DNA of 64,000 bases from the NCBI GenBank assembly GCA_040768165.1, contig JAXGNH010000010.1, positions 120,590 through 184,589 on the forward strand. The letters are read 5' to 3'. This DNA comes from Anaerolineae bacterium. Its GTDB lineage: Bacteria > Chloroflexota > Anaerolineae > UBA1429. The notes under the pieces are model-generated. The model did not search any database. It worked only from the letters and a program-made list of their open reading frames with translations, and was not told where the DNA came from. Made by a program: the position numbers and the translations under genes. Each line of letters starts with the position of its first letter. Position 1 is the stretch's first letter. Shown piece after piece: positions 8,014-18,689 of the stretch.

Positions 8014-9945
8014 ATGGGCCACAACCTCGTACACAAGATCGTCCGCGACCACCTCGTCTCTGGTGATATGATGCCCGGCTCCGAGATTGGCCTGCGCATC
8101 GACCAGACCCTCACGCAGGACTCGACCGGCACCATGACCTACCTGCAGTTCGAGGCGCTGGACCTGCCTCGGGTGCGCGTCGACCAGGCGGTGGCCTATG
8201 CCGACCACAACATGCTGCAGGCCGACTTTCGCAACGCCGACGACCACCGCTATCTGCAGACGGTGGCGGCGCGCTACGGTCTGTACTTTTCGCGGCCGGG
8301 AAACGGCATCTGCCACCAGGTGCATCTGGAGCGCTTTGCCGCGCCCGGCGAGACGTTACTGGGGGCGGACAGCCATACCCCCACGGCGGGGGGTGTGGGC
8401 GCCCTGGCCATCGGCGCCGGCGGGCTCGACGTGGCCGTGGCCATGGCGGGTGAGCCGTTCTACGTCCCCATGCCGCGCGTCGTGCTGGTGCGCCTCAGCG
8501 GCACTCTCGCGCCGTGGGCCTCGGCCAAGGACGTCATCCTGGAGCTGCTGCGACGCCTGTCGGTCAAGGGGGGCGTGGGGCGCGTCATCGAATACGGCGG
8601 GCCCGGCGTGGCCGCGCTGACGGTGCCGCAGCGCGCCACCATCACGAACATGGGCGCCGAGTTGGGCGCCACGAGTTCGATCTTTCCCAGCGACGAGGTG
8701 ACGCGGCGCTTCCTCGTCGCCCAGGGACGCGAGGGGGACTGGCGCCCGCTGGCCGCCGACTCTGACGCCGACTATGAGCTGGTGATCGATATCGACCTCT
8801 CGGCGCTGGAGCCGCTGGTGGCCAAGCCCCACAGCCCCGACGCCGTGGTGCCCGTGAGCGAGGTCACCGGCCTGCCGGTGCAGCAGGTGTGCATCGGGAG
8901 CTGCACGAACTCGTCGGTGGTCGACCTAGAAGTCGTGGCCGCCATGCTGCGCGGCAAGACGGTGCATCCGGGCGTGTCCCTCACCATCAGCCCGGGGAGC
9001 AAGCAAGCGCTGGAGATGATCGCCCGCAGCGGGGCGCTCGCCGACCTTATCGCCGCCGGCGCGCGCATCCTCGAGGCGGGTTGCGGCCCCTGCATCGGGA
9101 TGGGACAGGCGCCCGCCAGTGGGGCGATCTCGGTGCGCTCCTTCAACCGCAACTTCCCGGGGCGCAGCGGCACGGCCGACGCGCAGGTGTATCTGGCGGG
9201 GCCCGAGACGTGCGCCGCCGCGGCCATCGCCGGCGCGCTCGCCGACCCGCGGGAGCTGGGCACGCCGCCCGTCGTGTCGACGCCCGAGGCCTATAACGTG
9301 AACGACAACATGATCATCCCACCCCTCGCCGACGGGTCGGGGGTGGAGGTCGTCCGCGGGCCGAACATCAAGCCGCTGCCGACGCGTGGCCCCCTGGTGG
9401 CCGATCTCGAGGGCGAGCTGCTGTTGGTGATGGGCGACAACATCACCACCGACCACATCATGCCCAGTGGCGCCGACCTGCTGCCGTTCCGTTCCAACGT
9501 GCCCGCCCTGAGCGACCACGCCTTCGAGCGCGTGGATGCCACCTTCCCGGCGCGCGCTAGGGCGGCCGGTGGTGGCATCGTCATGGGGGGGGAGAACTAT
9601 GGCCAGGGCTCCAGCCGCGAGCATGCCGCCCTCGTGCCCATGGCCCTCGGCGTGCAGGCCGTCCTTGCCAAGAGTTTTGCGCGCATCCACCAGGCGAACC
9701 TGGTGAACGTGGGCATCCTGCCCCTCGTCCTGGCCGACCCCGCCGACCACGGGCGCTGTCAACAGGGCGATCGTCTGCGCATCACCGGCGTGCGGCGGGC
9801 GCTGAGAGAGGGCGCGCCCCTGACCGTCGAGAACCTCACCCGCGGCCTCACCATTTCGGTGCGCTATGACCTCTCCCCGCGTCAGGTGGAGGTGATCCTG
9901 GCGGGCGGGCTGCTCAACCTGATCCGCGAGCGCGCCGGCGCATAG
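8014..9945 (+). CDS. Aconitase-family hydratase (about 640-aa single-chain type)
   Basis: Fe-S ligand motifs IGSCTNSS and GCGPCIGMG. Other conserved motifs are DSHTPTAGG and a C-terminal swivel domain ([14 protein letters not shown]). Confidence 0.85.
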   Translation: MGHNLVHKIVRDHLVSGDMMPGSEIGLRIDQTLTQDSTGTMTYLQFEALDLPRVRVDQAVAYADHNMLQADFRNADDHRYLQTVAARYGLYFSRPGNGICHQVHLERFAAPGETLLGADSHTPTAGGVGALAIGAGGLDVAVAMAGEPFYVPMPRVVLVRLSGTLAPWASAKDVILELLRRLSVKGGVGRVIEYGGPGVAALTVPQRATITNMGAELGATSSIFPSDEVTRRFLVAQGREGDWRPLAADSDADYELVIDIDLSALEPLVAKPHSPDAVVPVSEVTGLPVQQVCIGSCTNSSVVDLEVVAAMLRGKTVHPGVSLTISPGSKQALEMIARSGALADLIAAGARILEAGCGPCIGMGQAPASGAISVRSFNRNFPGRSGTADAQVYLAGPETCAAAAIAGALADPRELGTPPVVSTPEAYNVNDNMIIPPLADGSGVEVVRGPNIKPLPTRGPLVADLEGELLLVMGDNITTDHIMPSGADLLPFRSNVPALSDHAFERVDATFPARARAAGGGIVMGGENYGQGSSREHAALVPMALGVQAVLAKSFARIHQANLVNVGILPLVLADPADHGRCQQGDRLRITGVRRALREGAPLTVENLTRGLTISVRYDLSPRQVEVILAGGLLNLIRERAGA

Positions 9946-9952
9946 GGAACAA

Positions 9953-10028
9953 GGACGCGGATAAACGCGGATCATGTACCGGGATTGGAATCCGCGGTAA
10001 TCCGCTCAATCCGTGGCGATCCGCGTCC
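9953..10028. repeat. Family B palindromic element
   Basis: ggacgcggataaacgcggatcat ... atccgcggtaatccgctcaatccgtggcgatccgcgtcc. Confidence 0.85.
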
Positions 10029-10064
10029 CCGTTCTCCCCACCAACTGAGCGAAGAGGAGCAACG

Positions 10065-11084
10065 ATGACACACACCGTGACACTGATACCCGGGGACGGC
10101 ATTGGACCGGAGGTGGCGGGCGCCATGCGGCGCGTCGTGGAGGCGACGGGCGTCGCCATCGAGTGGGAGGTGCTCGACGCCGGCGAGGCCGTCATCGAGC
10201 AGTACGGCACGCCCCTGCCCGATCATATTCTGGAGTCGATCCGCCGCAACCGCGTGGGGATCAAGGGGCCCATCACCACGCCGGTGGGCAAGGGATTCCG
10301 CAGCGTGAACGTGGCGCTGCGCAAGGAACTCGACCTGTACGCCAACGTGCGCCCCGCTACGAGCATCCCCGGCGTGCCGGCGCGCTACGAGGGGGTCGAC
10401 CTCGTCATCGTGCGGGAGAACACCGAGGGGCTCTATGTGGGGATCGAGCACGACGTGATCGCCAACCAGGCCGCCGAGGCGATCCGCATCATTACGCGGC
10501 GCGCCACGGAGCGCGTGGTGCGATTCGCCTTCGAGTACGCCCGCGCCAACGGCCGCAAGCTGGTCACCGCCGTGCACAAGGCCAACATACTAAAGCTGAC
10601 GGACGGCCTCTTTTTGCGGGTGGCGCAAGAGGTGGCTGCCGAGTACCCCGATATCGCCTTCAACGAGCGCATCGTCGACAACCTGTGCATGCAGTTGGTG
10701 CAGCGCCCCCACGAGTACGACGTGCTGGTGCTGCCCAACCTGTTTGGCGACATCGTCAGCGACCTGTGCTCGGGGCTGGTCGGCGGGTTGGGGGTGACGC
10801 CCGGCGCCAACATGGGGGACGGCATCGCCGTGTTCGAGCCGGTGCACGGCTCGGCGCCCAAGTACACGGGCAAGAACGTGGTGAACCCCACGGCGACGAT
10901 CCGCAGCGGGGCGCTGATGCTGCGCTTCCTGGGGGAGACGGCCGCGGCGGAGCGCATCGAGCGCGCCGTAGCCCACGTCATCGCCGAGGGGCGGGCGACC
11001 ACCTACGACCTCAAGCCGCGCCGCGACGACCCCACCGCGGTAGGCACCCAACAAATGGCCGACGCCATCATCGCCGCACTCTAG
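10065..11084 (+). CDS. NAD-type isocitrate (or homoisocitrate) dehydrogenase, IDH3-like
   Basis: [62 protein letters not shown]. Confidence 0.8.
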   Translation: MTHTVTLIPGDGIGPEVAGAMRRVVEATGVAIEWEVLDAGEAVIEQYGTPLPDHILESIRRNRVGIKGPITTPVGKGFRSVNVALRKELDLYANVRPATSIPGVPARYEGVDLVIVRENTEGLYVGIEHDVIANQAAEAIRIITRRATERVVRFAFEYARANGRKLVTAVHKANILKLTDGLFLRVAQEVAAEYPDIAFNERIVDNLCMQLVQRPHEYDVLVLPNLFGDIVSDLCSGLVGGLGVTPGANMGDGIAVFEPVHGSAPKYTGKNVVNPTATIRSGALMLRFLGETAAAERIERAVAHVIAEGRATTYDLKPRRDDPTAVGTQQMADAIIAAL

Positions 11085-11088
11085 AGAC

Positions 11089-11253
11089 GGAACGCGGATG
11101 AACGCGGATGGAACGGATTAGCGCGGATTTCTCTTTTTTACGCAGAGAACAGAGACCGTAGAGTAGTGGTATGAACGCGTTGTCTCTGCGATCTCTGCGG
11201 TAAAGGGGTCTTGATCCGCGTTGATCCGATCCATCCGCGTTTATCCGCGTTCC
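11089..11253. repeat. Family B palindromic element with inserted CTCTGCG-type inner palindrome
   Basis: Outer arms are ggaacgcggatgaacgcggatggaacggat / atccgatccatccgcgtttatccgcgttcc. Inner arms are tacgcagagaacagagac / gtctctgcgatctctgcggta. Confidence 0.85.
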
Positions 11254-12413
11254 ATCTGCGTGCGCGGTACGGCGACGAGGGAGCAGGCGGCGGCGACGAG
11301 CATGAGCCAGGGGAGCACACCCAGCGCCGTGCCCAGGCCGACGCGGTCGGCCGCCAACCCGAGGATCCACGCCCCACCACCGCCGCTGACAAAGGTGAAC
11401 CCCAGGATCAACCCCGAGATCATCGCCATGCGTTGCGGGAACTGGCGCTGCGCCGCCACCACAAACAAGGTGTGCGACGGGCCGATGATCAACCCCGACA
11501 GCACGAACGCGGCGTCGCTCAGCAGCCCCTCTCCGTGCAGGAACAGGTAGAGTAGTCCCCCGCCCACCACCATGGTGCTGGCCAGCACGCTGCGAATCCC
11601 CACACGATCCGCTACGTACGAGCCCATGACGCCGCCGATAGCGGTGGCAAAGAGGAACAGCGACATGAGCACGCCATAGCTGGCGGGCGATGCGCCCATG
11701 TCCTGCTGATACTTGGGCACATAGCTGTTCAGGCTGTGGTAGGTCAGCGATCGGAAGGCCGTGGCGATGAGCAGGAACGCCACCAGCACCCAGAAGGCGC
11801 CGCCGGAGGCGCCGTTCGTCATCGCCGCGGGCTGGTCGCCCTTTTTCGCCGTCGCGAGGCGCACCGGGATCCACGGGCGCACGACGACGAGCGCTACGGT
11901 GACGGTGACGGCCGAGATGGCCAGCAGCGAGGTGCGCCCAAAGGTGCTCAACAGCACGCCGCTGGCCGCCGAGCCAAACGTGGTGCCTAGGGTGCCGCCC
12001 AGAAAGAACACCGCCGCCGCCGTGGCGCCCCAGCGCCGGCCGCCCGACACGGTGGCGTTGACGGCGCCCTGCGGATGCCAGGCGCCCGATCCGAGCCCCG
12101 CCAGGGCCACGAAGGCGGCCAGAAGCGTCTTGGATGGGGCGAGGATGACGCCGGAGAACATGATCGTGGTCCAGATGATGGCCCCCACGCCAAAGAGCCG
12201 CCCGCCCCACCGCTCGCTGAGTCGGCCAAAGAGGGGCTGGGTGAGGGATGAGAACAGCTGGTACAGGAGCAGGATAAAGCCGATCTCGGAGTTCGCGAGT
12301 CCCATGGTGACGCTCAAACTGGCCAACAACACCGGTGCGACGCCGAACCAGACGTCATGGGCCGCATGGCCGACGGAGACACCCAGGAGGGTGCGGTCCT
12401 TGGCGATAGACAT
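11241..12413 (-). CDS. MFS transporter
   Basis: 390-aa 12-TM-like protein with the MFS motif LFGRLSERWGGR. The last codons and the stop lie inside repeat B (RTQMERG*). Confidence 0.8.
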   Translation of the reverse strand: MSIAKDRTLLGVSVGHAAHDVWFGVAPVLLASLSVTMGLANSEIGFILLLYQLFSSLTQPLFGRLSERWGGRLFGVGAIIWTTIMFSGVILAPSKTLLAAFVALAGLGSGAWHPQGAVNATVSGGRRWGATAAAVFFLGGTLGTTFGSAASGVLLSTFGRTSLLAISAVTVTVALVVVRPWIPVRLATAKKGDQPAAMTNGASGGAFWVLVAFLLIATAFRSLTYHSLNSYVPKYQQDMGASPASYGVLMSLFLFATAIGGVMGSYVADRVGIRSVLASTMVVGGGLLYLFLHGEGLLSDAAFVLSGLIIGPSHTLFVVAAQRQFPQRMAMISGLILGFTFVSGGGGAWILGLAADRVGLGTALGVLPWLMLVAAACSLVAVPRTQMERG

Positions 12414-12445
12414 CCCGATTCCTTTGCGATAGAGGCTGAGGAAGG

Positions 12446-12474
12446 ATTATAGGCGGCGGAGCGGGGAGCGTCAA
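12446..12474 (-). promoter_or_regulatory. Promoter TTGACG-17-TATAAT for the MFS gene
   Basis: Minus strand reads ttgacg ctccccgctccgccgcc tataat. Confidence 0.6.
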
Positions 12475-12483
12475 CGGCGCATG

Positions 12484-12527
12484 GGGCGGGGTTGCGGGTG
12501 TGGGTTGTGCGTTGTGTGTTGTGGGTG
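12484..12527. repeat. Family A half element (GGGTTNN-type arm only)
   Basis: gggcggggttgcgggtgtgggttgtgcgttgtgtgttgtgggtg. Confidence 0.6.
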
Positions 12528-12604
12528 AAGGCTGCTGGTGGCAGGAGCGCCTACCCCTCTGCCGGTACTCCGAACCGCAGCACGCTGGGGGAGGAGGCAC
12601 GGTG

Positions 12605-13615
12605 TCAGCAGATGCGCGGCAACTGCTCGCCGGCGAGCATGTCGAGGAGGCGATGGGTGCCCAGCGGGGTGCGCAGGACCACACGACTCCTCTCCGCAGC
12701 GCGCACGTCGCCGATGGCGGCCGCCTCGGCGCCCAGCGGGTGGGCGCGCATGGCGGCAAGCACCGCTTCCGCCGCCTCGGGCGCGACGATGGCGATGAGC
12801 TTGCCCTCGTTGGCCACATAGAGGGGATCCAGGCCCAGCAGCTCGGAGGCGACGCGCACGGCGTCGTGCACCGGCACGGCGTCCTCATCGATGGCGATCG
12901 AAACCTCCGAGGCGGCGGCCAACTCGTTGAGCGCCGTCGCCAGCCCGCCGCGCGTGGGGTCGCGCAGCACGTGGATGGCCCCACCCCCCGCCGCCAGCAT
13001 GTCGGCCACCAGGCCGTTGAGGGGCGCGCAGTCGCTCCGCAGGGGGCTCTGGAAACGCAGCCCCTCGCGCTGCGTCATGATCGCCAGGCCGTGGTCGCCC
13101 ATGGCGCCGCTGACGAGCACCACGTCGCCGGGGCGAGCCCCCGCGGCAGAGATGCACACTCTCTCGGGCACCACCCCCACCCCCGCCGTGGTGATGAACA
13201 GCCGGTCGACGCCGCCGCGCTCCACCACCTTGGTGTCGCCCGCCACCACGCGCACGCCGGCCTGAGCGGCGGCCGCCGCCATGGAGGCTACGATGCGATC
13301 CAGCTCCACTAGGGGGAGCCCCTCCTCGATGATGAACGCGGCGGTGAGGTAGAGGGGGCGGGCGCCGCGCATGGCCAGGTCATTCACCGTACCGCAGACG
13401 GCCAGCTTGCCGATATCGCCGCCGGGAAAGGCGATGGGCCGCACGACATAGCCGTCGGTGGTCATCACAACGCGCCCCGGCCCCAAGGCGATCTCGGTGG
13501 CGTCCTCCAGAGCGCCGGCGGGGCGGCCCAGGTGGGGGAGAAAGACCTGCTCCACCAACTCCTGGCTCAGCAGCCCACCGCTGCCGTGGGCCAGCAGAAT
13601 GATGTCGTCGCTCAT
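12605..13615 (-). CDS. hypE: Hydrogenase maturation protein HypE
   Basis: MSDDIILLAHGSGG start, AIR-synthase-like fold motifs, C-terminal PRIC. ATGA overlap with hypD. Confidence 0.9.
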   Translation of the reverse strand: MSDDIILLAHGSGGLLSQELVEQVFLPHLGRPAGALEDATEIALGPGRVVMTTDGYVVRPIAFPGGDIGKLAVCGTVNDLAMRGARPLYLTAAFIIEEGLPLVELDRIVASMAAAAAQAGVRVVAGDTKVVERGGVDRLFITTAGVGVVPERVCISAAGARPGDVVLVSGAMGDHGLAIMTQREGLRFQSPLRSDCAPLNGLVADMLAAGGGAIHVLRDPTRGGLATALNELAAASEVSIAIDEDAVPVHDAVRVASELLGLDPLYVANEGKLIAIVAPEAAEAVLAAMRAHPLGAEAAAIGDVRAAERSRVVLRTPLGTHRLLDMLAGEQLPRIC

Positions 13616-14748
13616 GGCCGCGAGGCCCCTCCGTAGCGATAGTAGGCGGCACACGACCCCTCGCCCGAGACCATGCAGGGGCCGACGGGTTGGGCAGGGG
13701 TGCAGGCGCGGCCAAAGAGGGGGCACTCGGGGGGCTCGATGGCGCCCCGCAGCACCTCGCCACAGCGGCAGCCGCGCTCCTCGGCGGTGCGCCCGCCGGC
13801 GGGGGCCGGCAATTCAAAGAGGCGCCGCGCGTCGTGGGCGGCGTACGCGGGGCGCAGCGCCAGCCCGCTCCCCGGCACGACGCCGAGGCCGCGCCATTCG
13901 GCGTTCGCCGGCTCGAACACGCGCCCCAGCAACGCCTGGGCCACGCGGTTCCCCTCGGCGGTGACGCCGCGCCGGTAGGCGTTCACCACCCGCGGCTCGC
14001 CGTCCACTGCGGCCGTCACGAGTTGTTCGATGGCGTAGAGCATGTCCAGCGGCTCGAACCCCGACACGGCGCAGGGGAGGCCATACTCCGCCGGTAGGAA
14101 CTCCCAGGCTCGCCAGCCGGTGATGGCCGTCACGTGGCCCGGGCCAATGATGCCGTCCAGGCAGGCTTCGCCGGCTTCCAGGATGGCGCGCATGGCGGGT
14201 GGGGTGAGCTTGTGCATGGAGTAGACGGACAAGTTACCCAGCCCCTCGGCGCGGGCCGCCTCCAGGACGGCGGCCACGGTGGGCGCCGTGGTCTCGAAAC
14301 CGATCCCCAGCATGACGACCTTCAGTTCGGGCCGCCGGCGCGCCAGGTCCATGGCGTCGAGGGCCGAGTAGACGACGTGCACGTCGGCGCCGGCGGCGCG
14401 CGCCTCCTGCAGGCTAGAGCGCGTACCCGGTACCCGCACCATGTCGCCAAAGGTGGCCACCGCCACGCCCGGAAGGCTTGCCATGGCGATGGCGGCGTCG
14501 ATGTCGGCGTCGGCCGTCACGCACACCGGGCACCCCGGCCCCGAGAGGAGTCGGACGTCGGGCGCCAGCGCCTCACGGATGCCGTAGCGCATGATGGCGT
14601 GGGTATGGCCGCCGCAGAACTCCATGAGGCGCAGGGGCTCACGCCTCCGGCGCGCGGCGGCGCGCCGCCGGATGGCGTCCAGCAGCGCCCGCGCGGCGCC
14701 GGGCTCGCGAAAGGCCGCAGGGTCGCGGTGCGCGGCGGTGTCCGTCAC
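13612..14748 (-). CDS. hypD: Hydrogenase maturation protein HypD
   Basis: MEFCGGHTH, GPGCPVCV and GFETTAP motifs. Confidence 0.9.
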   Translation of the reverse strand: MTDTAAHRDPAAFREPGAARALLDAIRRRAAARRRREPLRLMEFCGGHTHAIMRYGIREALAPDVRLLSGPGCPVCVTADADIDAAIAMASLPGVAVATFGDMVRVPGTRSSLQEARAAGADVHVVYSALDAMDLARRRPELKVVMLGIGFETTAPTVAAVLEAARAEGLGNLSVYSMHKLTPPAMRAILEAGEACLDGIIGPGHVTAITGWRAWEFLPAEYGLPCAVSGFEPLDMLYAIEQLVTAAVDGEPRVVNAYRRGVTAEGNRVAQALLGRVFEPANAEWRGLGVVPGSGLALRPAYAAHDARRLFELPAPAGGRTAEERGCRCGEVLRGAIEPPECPLFGRACTPAQPVGPCMVSGEGSCAAYYRYGGASRP

Positions 14749-15029
14749 AGGCGCTCGTCCGTTCCGGGCTCCGGGGCGCCATCATCGGCCGGCGAGCCGC
14801 TCGCCGCGCGACGTCTGGCCGCCTCGATCTCGGCGAAAAGCGCCAGTGTCTCGCGGGCCTCCGCCTCGTCGACGACGTTGATGGCGAATCCGGCGTGCAC
14901 CAGGACATAGTCGCCGACCTGGGCCTCGGGCGTCAGCGCCAGGCTCACGTGACGCATCACACCGCCCATCTCGACCGTCGCCAGGTCACCGTCGATGGCG
15001 GCGATGCGGAGGGGGATTGCTAGGCACAT
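14745..15029 (-). CDS. hypC: Hydrogenase assembly chaperone HypC/HupF
   Basis: N-terminal MCLAIP, and VLVHAGFAI. Confidence 0.85.
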   Translation of the reverse strand: MCLAIPLRIAAIDGDLATVEMGGVMRHVSLALTPEAQVGDYVLVHAGFAINVVDEAEARETLALFAEIEAARRRAASGSPADDGAPEPGTDERL

Positions 15030-15062
15030 GGGGCTATGCTCCTATGTGTGAGTACGGATCAA

Positions 15063-15140
15063 GGGCTATTAGCTCTTGGCTCTTTGCCAGTGCGTCTCAC
15101 CTGCTCAATGCTCACGGTCAAGAGCCAATAGCCAAAGGCC
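15063..15140. repeat. Palindromic intergenic element with GGCTNTT heptamers (inside the hyp operon)
   Basis: ggctattagctcttggctcttt ... caagagccaatagccaaaggcc. Confidence 0.6.
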
Positions 15141-15161
15141 AACAGCGCTCTAGCGTCGGGC

Positions 15162-17604
15162 TCACAGTTTCCAGCTGATCGCCGCTGTAACGACTGCTTG
15201 CCCCAACGCCAACCCGCCGTCGTTGCAGGGCACCTGGCGATGGGTCAGGACGTCGAACCTGCGGTCGCGCAGGGCGGGCACTACCAGCGCCAGGAGGAGG
15301 CGGTTCTGGAAGCAGCCGCCGCTGAGCGCCACGCGGTTCAGGCCGGTGGCGGTGCGTAGGCGCTCACACACGTCGACGATCATCGCCGCCAGGGTGCGGT
15401 GAAAGCGCGCTGCGACCTCGGCGCTGGGCCGGCCACGGGCCATGTCATCTACGAGCGCCGCGAACAGCGGCGCCAGGCCGATCTCCAGGCGCTCCGGCAG
15501 GGGACGCTCCACGCGCCCCCATCGCTGGACGTCACTGTGAGACGTGGTGGCGTAGGGATAGGATTCGGTGTCGGAAGGGCGGTCACGCAGGACCGCCCTT
15601 ACGGCGTCACCGGGTAGGGGCGGTCCCGCGTGACCGCCCTCTGTCCCCGCTGCGTGACCGCCCTCCGTGCCGACGCGATCGTTTTCCTCGGTGGCCGCCA
15701 TCTCGAGCGCGATGGCGGCCTGCCCCTCGTAGCTTACCTCATGGCACACGCCGAGGAGGGACGAGACGGCGTCGAACAGCCGCCCCGCCGAGCTGTTGGG
15801 CGGGGCATTGATCCCCCGCGCGACCATGGCGTCGAGGGCGGCGCGCTCCGCCTCACCGATGAAGGCCAGCGTCTCGGGGAGGGGGACGTCCCCCAGCAGT
15901 CGTCGCAGATAGGCATACGCCAGGCGATACGGCCGGTGGACGGCGGCGTCGCCCCCGGGCAGCGGCAAGTACTGCAGGTGGGCGGCGCGCTCAAAGCCAG
16001 CGGCGTCGCCCACCAGGAACTCGCCCCCCCAGACGGCGCCGTCCAGGCCGTAACCGGCGCTATCCCAGATGACGCCGATGGCGGGCGCCATCTCACCCCC
16101 TCCGCGCGATCCGCCAGGCACGCCGCCAGGTGGGCGTGGTGGTGCTGCACCGCCACGTGCTCCAACCCCTCCTGCCTCGCCAGGTCCAGCCCATAGCGCG
16201 TGGCCATGTAATCGGGGTGCATATCGGTGGCCACGACGGCCGGGTCGATGTGGAACAGCCGCCGGTAGAGCGCCAGTGTGTCCTCGAAGTGTTTCAGCGT
16301 CTCCACGTTGTCCAAATCGCCGATGTGCTGGCTGAGAAAGGCGTAGCGGTCGCGCGTCAAGCAAAAGGCGTTCTTGAGCTGGGCGCCGCAGGCCAGGGTG
16401 GGCCGCGTCTCCCACGGCAGGGCGATGGGCGAGGGGGCATAGCCACGGGCGCGTCGCACCGGGCTGCGGCCCTCCCGCGGGCACGAGCCAGACGCTGTCG
16501 TCGTAGCGCGAGCGGATGTCGCGGTTGTGCGCCAGGAAGGCGTCGGCGATGCCCCGCAGGCGGCGCAGCGCCTCGTCGTTGTCGCCGGCGATGGGCTCCT
16601 CCGACAGGTTGCCGCTGGTCATCACCAGCGGGCGTGGCCGACGTCGTGCAGCAAGAGATGGTGCAGCGGGGTGTAGGGCAGCATCACTCCGAGGTAGTGG
16701 CTGCCGGGCGCGCCACTCCCGACACGATGTCGGATTCCTCGCGCCAGGGGAGCAACACGATGGGGGCCGCCGTGGAGGCAAGCAGTGCGCGTTCCACCTC
16801 ATCCGGCGTGGCGTGAAGCCAGCACCCGCCCGTCGGCCAGCATCACGGCAAAAGGCTTGTCGGGGCGACGCTTGCGTTGCCGTAACCTGGCGACGGCCTC
16901 GTTCGTCGCGTCGCAGGCGAGCTGAAGGCTCAATCCCTTGACCGCCACGATGCGCCCTCGCGGAGCAGCGCGCGGCGGCGCGCCGTGAATGGCGTCGACG
17001 CGCGGCGTCGTCGCGCTCCTCGCCAGGCCACTCCTCTGCGTCCAGCAGCCCTGCGCTGCGGCCGCAGACGGGGCAGGCGCTGGGCTGGGCGGAAGCGTCG
17101 GTCGAGGGGTCCTCGTACCGGCAGCGCATTCCGAGCACATGGCGAACGCGCGCATGGTGGTTGCCGGTCGTAGGGCAGATCGTCGATGATGGTAAAGCGC
17201 GGGCCGCAGTGGGTGCAGTTGGTAAAGGGATAGCGGTAGCGTCGGTCCGTCGGGGCGAGCACCTCGCGCCGGCAGGCCTCGCAGGTCGCTACATCGGGCG
17301 AGACGAGCTGGTAGGCCCCCGCCTGGGGCGCGCTGTGCACGATGGTGAATGCCTCGAGCCCCTGGGGCGCGACCGGTTCGCTGTCGAGGGATGCGATGCG
17401 GGCCAGGGGCGGCGCCTCCTCGCGGATGGCGCGCACGAACCGCTCCAGGGCCTTGGCCTGCCCCTCGACGACTATCTCGACGCCCCAGGAGGTGTTGCGC
17501 ACCCATCCCATGACGTCGTGTTCCTGCGCCAGGCGGTAGATGTGGGGCCGAAACCCGACCCCCTGCACCACACCGCGGACGGCCACGCGGCGAGCGACGG
17601 GCAT
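15162..17604 (-). pseudogene. hypF: hypF (carbamoyltransferase HypF) disrupted by multiple frameshifts
   Basis: HypF-like segments are spread over all three minus-strand frames. The acylphosphatase and Zn-finger part (VRGVVQGVGFRP, CTHCGPRF) is in the 16930..17727 frame. RPATTMRAFAMCSECAA and GRIVAVKGLSLQLACDATNEAVARLRQRKRRPDKPFAVM are in the 16799..18067 frame. YEDP..AQPSACPVCG, LVMTSGNLSEEP and the C-terminal 300 aa are in the 15162..17138 frame. The middle part is in the 15734..16459 frame. Confidence 0.8.
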
Positions 17605-18269
17605 CACGACTTCCCGTTCGTCGCGCGCTCCAGCAACCACGCGATCCACGCATCCATCCCCGCGCCGGTGGTGCACGAGACCTGGAAGATGGCGATGTCG
17701 GGGTTGAGGCTGTGCACCAGGCGGCAAAACGTGTCCATGTCGAACGGCACGTAGGGCAGGAGGTCCGCCTTGGTGACCACGAGCACGTCCACCGCGCTAT
17801 AGATGCTGGGGTACTTGTGGGGCTTGTCGTCCCCCTCGGGGACGCTGGCGATGGCCAGGCGCGTGTGCTCGCCGAGGTCGAACCCCACCGGGCAGATGAG
17901 GTTGCCCACGTTCTCGATGAACAGCAGGTCCATCTCATCCAGGGGGAGCTGGTCCAGCGCGGCACGCACCTGCGGGGCGTCGAGGTGGCAGCCGCCGCCG
18001 GTATTGATCTGCACGGCGGGCAGGCCGAGGGCGCGCACCTTGTCCGTGTCCACGTTCGAGGCCACATCCCCTTCTATGACGCCCACGCGCCGGCGCTCTC
18101 CGAGCGCCAGGGCGGTGTGGGTGATGAGGGTGGTCTTGCCCGCCCCGGGCGAGGCCATGACGTTGACGCAGTGCACGCCATGGGCGTCCAACAGCGTGCG
18201 ATTGCGGGCGGCGACGTCATCGTTGGCGCCCAGGATCTTCTCCACCACGGATATATGCTCGGGCGTCAT
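17604..18269 (-). CDS. hypB: Hydrogenase nickel-incorporation GTPase HypB
   Basis: P-loop SPGAGKTT, GGGCHLDA, ENVGNLICP. TGATG overlap with the hypF start. Confidence 0.9.
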   Translation of the reverse strand: MTPEHISVVEKILGANDDVAARNRTLLDAHGVHCVNVMASPGAGKTTLITHTALALGERRRVGVIEGDVASNVDTDKVRALGLPAVQINTGGGCHLDAPQVRAALDQLPLDEMDLLFIENVGNLICPVGFDLGEHTRLAIASVPEGDDKPHKYPSIYSAVDVLVVTKADLLPYVPFDMDTFCRLVHSLNPDIAIFQVSCTTGAGMDAWIAWLLERATNGKS

Positions 18270-18272
18270 CGG

Positions 18273-18614
18273 CTACTCCACCTCGATACTGTCCACATAG
18301 AACTCGCGCCCGGTATCGATCCGGGCGGAGGCCGCGCCGCAGGAGGGACAGGTCCAGTCGGCGTCCCGGGGCTGCCAGCGATGCCCGCACGCGCCGCAGA
18401 TCAGTCCCACCGGCAGGCGGCGGAACGCCAGCTCTGCGCCCGCCGCGATGGTGTCGCGGCTGAGAAAGTCAAAGTAGAACTGCACGCTGTCGTCCACGAT
18501 GCTGGACAGCTCGCCGATCACCAGGTTGATGCGCAGCACGCGGCTGGCCCCCGCCCTCTCGGCGTGGCGCCGGACGATGTCCATGACGCTCTCGGTAACG
18601 CTCAGTTCGTGCAT
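18273..18614 (-). CDS. hypA: Hydrogenase nickel-insertion protein HypA
   Basis: MHELSV start at ATG 18614. Zn site CGACGH...CPSCG. Confidence 0.85.
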   Translation of the reverse strand: MHELSVTESVMDIVRRHAERAGASRVLRINLVIGELSSIVDDSVQFYFDFLSRDTIAAGAELAFRRLPVGLICGACGHRWQPRDADWTCPSCGAASARIDTGREFYVDSIEVE

Positions 18615-18623
18615 AATGTCAGC

Positions 18624-18653
18624 ATTATACCGTGTCACCATGCGCCCCCGCAA
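18624..18653 (-). promoter_or_regulatory. Candidate promoter TTGCGG-18-TATAAT, implying a near-leaderless hypA mRNA
   Basis: The TATAAT ends 9 nt before the hypA ATG. Confidence 0.4.
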
Positions 18654-18689
18654 GCAAAAAGCGGAGGCGACGAGTCCAGTATGGGGGGT

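Noticed and set aside
8014-11084. Reading the aconitase-family and IDH-family pair as lysine (alpha-aminoadipate) pathway homoaconitase/homoisocitrate dehydrogenase.
   Set aside because: This cannot be discriminated from TCA-cycle aconitase/NAD-IDH by eye, and no other AAA-pathway genes are adjacent. I left the generic calls.
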